A stretch of DNA of 63,022 nt, counting the filler, from Sluysia triapertura (Eukaryota): assembly GCA_046118255.1 (NCBI GenBank). It is 5 parts of 5 records of this genome, joined end to end, with 100 filler letters (N's around TTAATTAATTAA, not from the genome) between each part and the next. Parts side by side here need not be neighbours in the genome. Positions count along the whole stretch, not along the records: positions 13,495 to 27,607 come from JBJNIA010005666.1; positions 27,708 to 40,572 come from JBJNIA010076717.1; 3 more parts are not named here. One strand, written 5' to 3'. Below, piece by piece: positions 24,836 to 36,000 of the stretch. A program made the position numbers and the translations under genes. Each line of letters begins with the position of its first letter. Positions within the stretch are counted from its first letter, which is position 1. The notes under the pieces were generated by a model. The model ran no database searches and was not told the DNA's origin. It saw only the letters and a program-made list of their open reading frames with translations.

Positions 24836-26589
24836 AAAGCGAAATAATAAAGACTAAATCAAATAAAATATGTCAAAGTATAGTCATATAAAAACATGAA
24901 TTTAAACAAACAAAATTTATAGGATCTTTCAAGAACATAGTGTAAATTGTCTATTAAGCATTTCCATCTCGAAAAACCGATACGAGTATAAGACTCACGT
25001 TATTTACATATAAATTAACAGAAATAAATATAAATACTGAGCAGGAAGTGAAGATTGCTAAATTGGTATCTCTGGAACATTTCAGATATTTTATATCATT
25101 TTTTCTTATGTATTTTAAATTTTATACACTAACTGGACAATCCCAACGTTATCTCTGGAAAATTTATGCACTTCTTGAATCTAATCTAGTTTGTAGAAAG
25201 TTTTGTCATGAATATTGAAAATTATTTCTTCAATACAACCTATCTGTCAACATTACCGGAATGTGATCACGTTTCAGTTGTACATAGTATGCATTTATCA
25301 ATTATGACAAAAATATGCAGATATTGTGCGAAAATTTCAAGTCAAAGTACATATCAGAAGATAGTAATCGCCACATTATTAGCATTTATCTTCAACTTGA
25401 AATTACATGTCACAATTTAGGTTTAAAACTCTATTGTTGTTTTAAGTTGTCGCGCTTGAACCTTAAGCCGGCAGCAAATTTTGTATTTCAAAATTCTTTT
25501 TAGTCATCATTATTTACCTGTGATTCATTTTGTGATAAATAATACTCATTTAAAACCGATAAGTAAAATATTGGTATATCTGGTAAATAAATATTATCAT
25601 GTCCCATTTTCGAGATTCGATGTTATTGATAGTGAGTTTATTACTTGTATTAAATGACGTATCAATCGCATTAGCTGTAAATTCATTCGAATTCAAATTG
25701 TATATTCACTAAATATACAATTTAGTGAATCTAATTCACTAAATACACGAAATCCAGATAAATTCATTGTAAAAATAATAAGATTTAATTTATTATTAAT
25801 TGACCAATCCAATCCATTCAATAAAATTGATAGTAATATTAATTTAACTTGAAATGTATATTGTAAAAATGACACAAAAAACAATAACATTTTAATTCAT
25901 ATTTGTGTGCTTCGTTATAATAATCTGTAGTATTTCCACATTTTTATTACATTTGCATAATTGACAAAGTAAAATAGAGCACTTCAGATATTTTAAAATT
26001 ATTAGTCAATTTTTTGTTTTGTTAAAATTTACAAAATTTATCATAAAAATAAATAAAATTACATTATTATCATAATAGTTCCAAATTGTTAATATAAATT
26101 ATATTATTAATTATAAAAATTTATAAATAACATAAAATGTGTGTTAAAACCAAAATAGCATAAAATGTACATACAATTATCACAAATATAAAATGTAAAT
26201 GTGTGTTGTTTGACAGATATAAATTCGTTATTCTTGTACAAAGCACTGAAAATGCTTTATTATATCTGTTAGGTTCACACCTCTTAACCCCGTTTAGAGA
26301 AATGTTAATAAAATAATTAATTTTATAAACAAATTACTTAATTACTAAAGTAAGTAAATGAAATAATTTTAATAATGTAATGATATACGCGCAATTGTAA
26401 TAATATGTTGATTCAATTTCAACCACAATAACAGGTATTCATTTTATAAATTTAGAAGTACAATTTTTCATTAGAGTTACAAACTAACTATATCAATATC
26501 AAGTTAATAACGCTATTTTGTAAAAGATTTTTATAAATAATTTAGTATTTGAAAAAAAGACTTCTATTACTAAGTTTTTTTTATTAAAT

Positions 26590-26950
26590 AACCCTTTCGC
26601 TTATCTACACGTATATATTCGTAAAAATAATGTGTCTCGTGTGCTCCAAGCGAGTATTTTCTCATCATGTTTTAAAATGGTTTCCTGCTCAACACGACTA
26701 AGTGTGTGCTGTCCTACATATTTGATATTTTGCAACTTTTTTGGCTTAACCATGCATCGTGCTTGTAGAACTCTTCAAAGATATCAACATATTTGTTATA
26801 AGTGTATATTTACGTGAGGACAGCGGTCTCAAAATTTCAAAACGTGTTGCGCAGCGAATAGTTAAGGTTGTTTTGTGTTTTTTGAGTCAAAGTATTAAAA
26901 TACACTTAATTTATTCGATAATGTTATTTTTTCAACTCGATATATTTGAT
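26590..26950 (-). pseudogene. Decayed gene with a helix-hairpin-helix-like motif
   Basis: TYNKYVDIFEEF...(frameshift) KKLQNIKYVGQHTLSRVEQ resembles the HhH of PolX/Mus81 N-termini. Confidence 0.35.
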
Positions 26951-27537
26951 TCACTCAAATGTTGAAAAAGTTTAATTGTAAAATGTTGGAGTTTGATTTT
27001 ATTTTTCTCCTTCTTGTAATCTAATTCTCTGAATTTCTAACTTTGAAGTTTGATAAAATATTAATTACCGATGTTTATAGCTACGAGTTTAAGAAAAAAG
27101 TATTAAATCAGAATTATAGATTATATTAGATATAAAGCGAGTTAAAAGCACTTAGACCTTAGAGTTTAGCTTTATAGATAGCATTATAACAAATTTAGTT
27201 ACAGACACGCCTACTACATGTTTTAAGCCGTCACTGCAGCTGAATCCTGCCAAAATTTATTTTGCTGTTTGATAAGAATAAGAAAAATAGTAGATTCAAC
27301 ATGCAATTAACAATTACGTATAATTTTATCATAATCCAAAATAACTAAGGAATCGATTGGTTTCTTAGGTGCAAATAAATAAAGTCCACATAAAATACGA
27401 AAATTCAAATTGTTTCAATTCAAATCGCATAATATAATATAATTGGTCCAAATTAAATAATGTGTTTGGATGGTATTACTCTCATGAAACTGTTGGACAT
27501 AGGGCTTTTCTTAAAAATATACACTTTGATATTGTAA

Positions 27538-27607
<70 letters not shown>

Positions 27608-28099
27608 NNNNNNNNNNNNNNNNNNNNNNNNNNNNNNNNNNNNNNNNNNNNTTAATTAATTAANNNNNNNNNNNNNNNNNNNNNNNNNNNNNNNNNNNNN
27701 NNNNNNNTAAATTTCATATCAACATCAACAATTCAGCATTAATAAACATAATAACCACGTTATTGTTATCATTATTATTTCTTTATCCTTATCAATCTTT
27801 CCTTCTATTCTTTTGTTTTTCCCCAATACTACACAATATATTGACCTCTTATAATTTATAAAACAATATTGATTGATAAATAATGGAAGAATTATATTAC
27901 AATAAGAAATCATCATAACGAAACGTAACCTTAATTGATTATCAAATGAAACTTAATGATGGGCTTTATTCAACACAATCACCAAAAATAGATAAAAATA
28001 CTGATTCAAAACACACAGAAATCATACTTATTTAGAATGTGACAATACAATTTACTACAATTTACAATTTAATACATTTGCAACTGTTATGATACAACA

Positions 28100-28440
28100 A
28101 AAACCATTTAATAATTCTGGACGAGCCGTTGTGGTGCAAATCTTATAGCCATCCTTATATTAACTACAAAATTAAAGAAGTGTTATAAAACTTGTCATTC
28201 AACTATTACTGGATCAATTACTCCATCTCTAAAAAATTCAGTTATTACTGTGTCAACCACTTCATTTGTAAAAAATGAATCTGTTTGGTGTAAATCTAAA
28301 ATTATGTGATGTTATTATGGAAAGTAGTAGTTGAAGATATGATTGTACAGTTAAAAATAAGCGGAATTTATCTCTAAAATCTTTGAAATGTCGTGAATCG
28401 CCATCAAATGGAAAGAAAACACAAATATCCATTAGTGGAT
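28100..28440 (-). mobile_element. Retrotransposon gag-like remnant
   Basis: FPFDGDSRHFKDFRDKFRLFL and FFRDGVIDPVI resemble LTR-retrotransposon gag motifs. Confidence 0.4.
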
Positions 28441-29811
28441 TAATAACGATTTACTTGAGTGGATGTCAATTGATAAATGTGTCTGGCTAAACAGCATTCA
28501 TTTTCCTAATTTCTCAGTTTATTTTGCATTAACAATTTTCCTTATTAATTCAATATTTGTCTTAACAGAATTTTTGATCGTAACACTTAGATTGAAACTA
28601 ATCGATCTAGTTTTATTATTAAATTCGTTGATATTTACTATTTGTTGTTTTTTTATTGTTTATAAATAATAAGATAGCAAATTTTGTTACTGTTTTAAAT
28701 TTATTAATTTTTACAGGCCTTAAGCTTATTTTGTTATGGATAATTAAATTAAAGTTAAAATGTTTTTATTTAATTAACGTTTTAAATATTTTCGATGAAA
28801 AATTAAATGAAAATATTAACGGTTTGTTTAAATTCAATTATACTTTGCCTTCCACAATCACAAAGTATAAGAATTAGTAAAATAGTAGCAAAAGAATAAA
28901 GCAATTCATTTACCAAAATAATGCGACTATTAGCGAAGCATCTGGAGAAAATATTTATCAATAATTTAAAATTAGATCATAAGTTTGCTATTATTTAGGG
29001 AAACTTCTCACTTTGAGGAGATATAAAATATCACAAAAATTGATTAAAATTTAAAGTCATAACTAAAATATTCTTGATAATTCTGAATAAAGCTTTATTC
29101 TTTAATTAGTATTGTTATTGTTTAATTGACATTTTTGAATAATATTAAAAAACATTAAAAAAATATTAGTTTTTTCAAGAGAATTTTTATTAATAAACAC
29201 TTGCGTTGTTAATTGTCATTTTTTCTAATGTTTACTAATTTTTATTTAATAGTTATTAATAATAGGATTTTTAAAACCTTATCAAATCTTATTCACGTTC
29301 TTGATTTTTTTTGCAGATACGCCTTCATAAGTCGTAGACTACAAGCGAACCCGTCAATTTATCTTATTTTGCGAATGAAGTTTTTAAAAGAAAAAACAAC
29401 AATAATTAAGTAACTTTAAATTAATTTTATTAACTTTAATCCTACTAATTAAACTTTACTTTTATTCATGGTACAATGTTTTCGAAAAGTAGATATGGAA
29501 CCTTTTTCCAGATCAATTCAATTAACTCGTTTTCGGTTTAAAACAAAATTTAAAACGGAAATTTAATAAAACGAACGAATTAATAAACAATTGTTATTAG
29601 CATTATTACCTAGTTTACAAACGATACTTTAAACTAACTATGATCTTTTTCATTCACAATACTAATATTATCATTACTATCATTATCATAATATATGGTT
29701 TATGATATTTTAACTGAAATAGTAAAAAAGCTGTTAAATGATAAGAGATAAATGATTAATAATTTAATACTAAAATTATAAATTTATTAATTGTTTAGAA
29801 CTGAAAGATCC

Positions 29812-30618
29812 ATGGACTTTACTAAGGAACCCAAAACTTTGGAAACTGAATATGTTCATAAAGTTTATGATTCTATTGCAGAACATTTTAGTGAAACTCG
29901 ACATTCAATGTGGCCCAAAGTACGGCAATTTATTGAACATCAGTTCTTCTCTGATGACGATTCTAGGAAATACTTGATTTGTGCTGATTTTGGTTGCGGG
30001 AATGGAAAATATTTGGCCGGTAATTGGAGTAAATATTGCTTATGGTTAACAAGTGATCCTTGTTTTGGATTTTGTGATATAGTTCGTCAAAAATATGATC
30101 AATTTCCTTTTATTGACCCAGTTCAAACTTCATTGTTACAATTACCTTATTGTAAAAAAGGAATTTGTGATTTCTGGATTAATATTGCAGTGTTACATCA
30201 TCTTAGTACCGAACAAAGGCGATTAAAAGCATTGAAAAATATGGTAGAGATGCTTAAGATTGGTGGATGTGGATTAATATATGTTTGGGCTAAAGAGCAA
30301 AAAAGAGGCAATGAAAAATCACACTACATATCGATTAATAAAAATGAAACAAAATTTGAGTGTGTTACTGGACTTGCAAATTCAATAGATCAGTTACAAA
30401 TTCATCAAAATAGAACAGAATTTGCTGCAACTGATATGTTAGTGCCTTGGAATAAAAAATGTAGCGATGAACTATTTGTAAGATACTATCATTTGTTTAT
30501 CGAAGGTGAATTAGAAAATCTATGTCGACAAGTTAATGGCGTGCAAGTTTGTGACTCATGGTATGATTCCGGTAATTGGGCAGTAATTATTAAACGAATG
30601 GAAGTATTAAATATTTAA
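29812..30618 (+). CDS. ALKBH8: tRNA wobble-uridine (mcm5U) methyltransferase, ALKBH8/Trm9-type methyltransferase domain
   Basis: LETEYVHKVYDSIAEHFSETRHSMWP, ADFGCGNGKY (SAM motif I), IAVLHHLST..RRLKAL, LIYVWAKEQ, IHQNRTEF..DMLVPW, RYYHLFIEGELE, GNWAVI; ATG at 29812, TTTAG acceptor at 29794-29798. Confidence 0.9.
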   Translation: MDFTKEPKTLETEYVHKVYDSIAEHFSETRHSMWPKVRQFIEHQFFSDDDSRKYLICADFGCGNGKYLAGNWSKYCLWLTSDPCFGFCDIVRQKYDQFPFIDPVQTSLLQLPYCKKGICDFWINIAVLHHLSTEQRRLKALKNMVEMLKIGGCGLIYVWAKEQKRGNEKSHYISINKNETKFECVTGLANSIDQLQIHQNRTEFAATDMLVPWNKKCSDELFVRYYHLFIEGELENLCRQVNGVQVCDSWYDSGNWAVIIKRMEVLNI

Positions 30619-31449
30619 ATAAATATAATTTTTACTATGTTTTGTTTTGCCTAATTTTTTATAATAATTTTACGAGCTAAATTTTAAAAAATTAATTGAT
30701 ATTTATTTTTTTTTGTATCTAGTGATTTTTGTTTTTTTATTAATTAGCGTGCTAAATTTAAATTAAATTATCTGAAAAATGCAAGTAATAATATTTTACA
30801 TATTTTGTAATAATTAGGAAGACATTCATGTTACAAAGGAAGATCAAGAACGTATTAATACTTTTGCTAAACATTCAATAAAGATTAAAGAGTATAAAGA
30901 AGAATTTAATTTTTTGTTTTAATATTATAAATTATTTCAATGATGTATGAATTTTGAATCTTGACAAAATTTTCTTTTAAAAATGTTGATAATTAGTGAT
31001 GCAAAAGTCGGAAAGACATTAATTGTAACCCATTATATCCACGACACATTTCAAGATCATCCACGCACATGGAATGACTAAAGAAACTCTAAAAATCGTT
31101 GCAGTCTTAATCGAAGATCCTACAAGCCATATTTGGGGATCAACTTTAAATGTAGCCAGTTCTACTTTCGCAATCAAGAAAACCTCAGATTTAAATTTTA
31201 AAAATCAAATGCTGAACTCTGTTTATGATGAATTGGATGTTACTAGAGCCTTGCAGAATGGAGAAGTGTTCAATTTCTCTGATATCGTATTGAAATTATT
31301 ATATTTTGATATTGTTATCCACTTTATCATTAAGTTGAAGATAATTCAACACCTAGTACTGAGCAATGATAGCTCTAGTCCAAAGAGATGTTTACGCTAC
31401 TTAATTTTTAAAGTTAATCGAATGTATAAGCTTATTCATTTTAGTTATG

Positions 31450-33051
31450 TGGGCGATTTGGACAGGAATATTGTTTGCTCAGTACCAAGAGCGAGTTCGT
31501 AGGGTTAAAAACTAGCGATGTGAAATTTTGTTCGAATTTTTGGTTTTTGATTGTCACCGAAGTATGTTTGTTTATGTCGCGTATGTTGAGAGTATGATGC
31601 GTTACTGCCTTGACAAATTTATTCGTATGATGTATTTTCATGTCAGCCTAGAATTTTGGAATGATTCTCTTATTGTTATGCCTTGTCGTGCATGTGCAAG
31701 ATTCACTTGCGAATTCAAAATTGAGGCACAATTTAAGGTTGGAAGTTTAGATACAATGGATAATTATAACACGCGTATCCATAATTTGGTACATCGACAT
31801 GAAAGTTTTCATAATTTTGAAATCTGTTCCGCGTACGTTGTTGTATATGCTTGGTTAGAAGTTTTTATCGTGTTTGAGCCTGGTGAGATAACTTTTGTCG
31901 TTCAAAATGCTGGAAAGAGTGGAAGCTTAAGAGCGATATTCTATAGTCTCACGGTTGATAGTGAATGTAAGTTTTGTACTATTATACATGTTCAATGTTT
32001 TAATGTGTTAACAATCCTTGCCGGTCTTTTTTTATGTGCGTATAATACAAATTTTTCATGTGCCTTAAGCACCGATTTTGTCATAATTATAGATTTTATG
32101 TAGATCAAACCCGTTGTAACAGTGCGTGTAACAAAAATAACAACGGTAAACTTAAACTCCTAAACGATAAGATTTAACCACAATAATTATTATATACGCA
32201 TACATTTCTTCGTTTCTTCTGAATCCACAAAATCTTTCCTTCTTTCTCTTGAACAATTCTTAACATATTTGGCACTGAATGCAATAACAATAATAAGATG
32301 AGCAATATTAAAGTTATTGTTGTTATTACATTGAATAAACTTTTGGACTCTTTAAAAACTGTACACAATCTTCCTTTAACTCAAAATAATTTCTGAACAT
32401 ATTGAGCTGCATATAAATATGTTTAAGGCTAAAATCTTCATGTACAGATTAATCTAAGTAAATTTTGCATGTGGCTTAACATTTCAAGGTGTGGTAATGA
32501 TTTTTGCAGTATAAAGAATTGGTGAATGCTAGAATGAATGTTTTGATGGTGATTTAAGTTCATAATTGTGAGTAATATTTGAATGTTGGAAGATTGTGAC
32601 TGTAAGATGTGTGGTGTGATTTAGAAAATGTGGAAAGATAAATTATAGTGCGACTCCTATTATATTTGGAAAGTTATTGTGCAATGTTTTATGTGATTTG
32701 TTTTCTTGTTGTTTTTAAGTGTTATGGCCTTTTGTTTTGATGATTATGTGATGACAAATGATGAATTTAATGTGTTATAATTGATTCGAAGGTGTAAAGT
32801 GGATAACTACAAAAATGGTTATTATTTGATTGTTGAGAATGTCAGATGACATGATTTTTTGATGCCTTAGTTGATGTAAATTTGTGGTATTAAATGTAAT
32901 TGTGATTTGATGTTGTGGAATTGTGGATATGAATGATTTGGGTAGGTGAAGTGTTTTGTGAGTACGGTAAAGATATATATGTGTAAATATTAAAGTGTTT
33001 AAGAATTATTTTTTATATGAAATTTGATAATATTAAAGGTTGGTCACCACA
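31450..33051 (-). mobile_element. LTR (~32128-33051) followed by a strongly decayed Gypsy RNaseH/integrase remnant
   Basis: LTR starts TGTGGTGACCAACC and aligns with 51780-51939; minus-strand fragments KFVLY.HK, PARI, IEYR, DTRVII, LAHARQGI, PYELALG occur in pol order. Confidence 0.5.
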
Positions 33052-36000
33052 ATAATAATAATAATGATAATAATAATAATATGTTCCATATTGCGCAGGT
33101 CACTATCCAGATTAAAATCAACATGGCACAAAACATTATTAAGCATATATATGTGAATTATTTTCATATGGTAAAACATTCATGCGAATAAATTTACTGT
33201 CATAGCTGACCTATTAGGACAACTAGACACTGTATTGAGAAATTAAGCCTAGTATTATGTATGCTTATATACAGCCTAATTCTGCATCTTGTTTTGAACC
33301 GGAATCAACTTTTGTTGAATATCCAGCGGCTGTAATAGCAAAAATGTATTAATCACTAATTCTTAAAATCTTCACCCGAAGACAATGTAAATAAACGATT
33401 TTATTTATTGCCTCTTTATTGCCTTTCAGAAGGATTGCTCTTCGTTATCATTAGCCATAGTAGAATTTACAGGAATAACTGGAACATGGCCTGGAGCAGG
33501 AACTAGATCAACAGGCAGAGCAATTGTTGGCTGACGGATTTCTGGGTACCGAAACAATATATGATTCTGTTGGGATTGGTGAAGGATGAGGCTTGAGGTA
33601 AGAGTCAATACTAAGGATAACAGAATGAGTTTAACATTATTAAAGAATTAAAATGAAGCATTATGATGAACACTAATGGTAGAATAAGCATATAAATATT
33701 TAAATCGAAATAATATAATGAGAAATACGAAGAAATAACCCTTTAAAAGGTTTTATTTGTTAAAATATTAAAGTACATTTGTTAATTAATTTAATTAATA
33801 TTCATTTAATTTGATAACTCAATAAAAATGTTTGCTCATTATAAAATGATATTGGATTTAGTGTATAATATTGAGTTTTATTAGTGTTGCGAAGCACGTC
33901 AACGTAGGTAACGTAAAAATTAGTTATTTTAATTAATTTGTATAATTTAAAATTAAAGATGAATATGTTCCAATGTCTAAGCATTAATAAAGTATATATC
34001 AAATTGATGCTTAGAGAGAGATCAATTGAAATATGTTATTGAACTTGACGTGCAACGTAGACTTGACGTACAACGTATTAATGCAGAATACTCCTGTGAG
34101 AAATAAATTTATTATTTCATTGATTTTATCGTTAAATTAAATTGATAAATGGTGTTATTATTATAAAAGCATTGTAACAATGATTTTAAATTTTAATTAG
34201 ATGATGTTAAGAAAATAAGGGGATTGTTTGCCACAAATCCCCCTATCTTTAAATAATTGGAATGATAGTGAAGTTGAACATAGACGAAATTGCTGCCGAC
34301 ATTTAATCGGCTTATTGTTCGATTTGTAAATATTATATTTGTATCATATTTGTATCATATCATAATTTTTATGCGTATATTTTTACTTGTTATCAAAAAT
34401 TAAATAATCATTTATTGGAATTCTTAATAAAATAATTTTCATATAACAAATTAGAAAATTTAAACATTATAATTTTTATGCTATTTATTAAAACAATTAA
34501 CAAATTAGAAAAGAAATAATTGAAAGTTTTAATATTAAATAATTATTATGAATAATATTAATATTTATGAATGATTATTGAAAAACGAATGAATATTTAT
34601 ATATGATTGACATTCTTAATATATTTTGTGAGAATAAATGAACAATTAAAACATATGCGTGATTAATATTCTAGGAATAATCATTAGAAATTATATATAA
34701 ATAACGTTCTAAAACTATTCACTCCACCACAAAAAGAGATTTACAAGCAAGATATTCAACTTGAGACCATTACCGTTCTTCGAGTTTGGAAACTTTATTC
34801 TCTGTCTAGAGGCCATTACCGTTATACAAGAGCCATAATTATTTAAATTCTCTGTCAGATATTTCTCGTTGGAAGCGACATTTACTGGGGTTCATATTGC
34901 AGAGATCATTCTTTGAGGAATCTACTTTCAAGAGTTAACATTTAAAAATAAGTAAGCTAATTTGTGTAGCTGCATTTTTAATATTTGCGTCAAACTCGTT
35001 ACTTAAAATTCGTTTCATTTACAACCCAAGAATTAATCCTGGGTCAAAATCATAATTAAAATTTTATTAAATTATTCATTTATTTATTATAACTATTTAT
35101 TATTAGTTTCTTTTTATTTTAATCTTAAACACGATCTGCACATTTGTTTAATCATTTTTGTTAATTAATAAAAGATTTTCTGTTTGTTAAATTCTTTGAA
35201 AGGGAAAAATATATAAAGAAAGATTGTTAAATTGTGAAAGTAACATTATCGTTATTAAATAAAATATAGTAATATTTGCTAATGTTGGATTAGATAGCAG
35301 TTATATCGTTTATTAAAGTTGTATTCGATAGAGGTTAAGTTGCTTAAAGTCGTATTAAATAGAAGTTTAAGTTCATAACGTAACACGAGTATAGGATTAA
35401 GCAATTGATCATAAAAATATAAAAGATATAAATAACAGTAATTAATAAATTATAAGAGAATAGTTCCAAAGTTATTCTATTAATAGCAGATATATTTTAA
35501 GAATTTGACTCTCTTACTCGTCAGGTTTTTACGTTGTAGAAATTAAACCTTGTGAACACGTCCTTCCTAATATAAACCGTGTTACACATGCGAACCCATT
35601 TCAAAGTAAATTTTTATGATTATTTCAAGCTAGAAAGCGAACACATTTCTGATTTTAAATTTCACTAATTTCCATAAAACGGAGTAAAGAAGAATCAAAT
35701 TAACTTTACAACTGTAGGGAAGCTGCTTTAGTTCATTTGTGGATAACGGTGACAATTTCTTTAGTAATTGACTAAAATAAATCATTTTCTTTTTAGAACA
35801 AGGGTTAGTAATGTTTTTCTTACCGTTTCTATCTTGCGTCAATACGGGTGCGAAAATTTAATCAATTTGTGTCATTGACATTGAAGAGTGATTTATATTG
35901 TTATAAAGAATAATTTGCACGATTATTGTTATAAAGTATAATTTGTATTTTCATTGTTATAAAGAGTTATTTATATATTTTGATTGTAATCTTGTGATAA

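Noticed and set aside
31074-32103. Plus-strand ORFs 31074-31502 and 31528-32103 as real genes
   Set aside because: No convincing domain; the minus strand carries ordered Gypsy RNaseH/integrase remnants, so the 191-aa ORF is probably a shadow frame. The copia-like DVTRALQNGE match is isolated.
34218-34243. Helitron 3' hairpin (AGGGGATT...AATCCCCT)
   Set aside because: No CTRR terminus at the expected distance and no second copy in the window.
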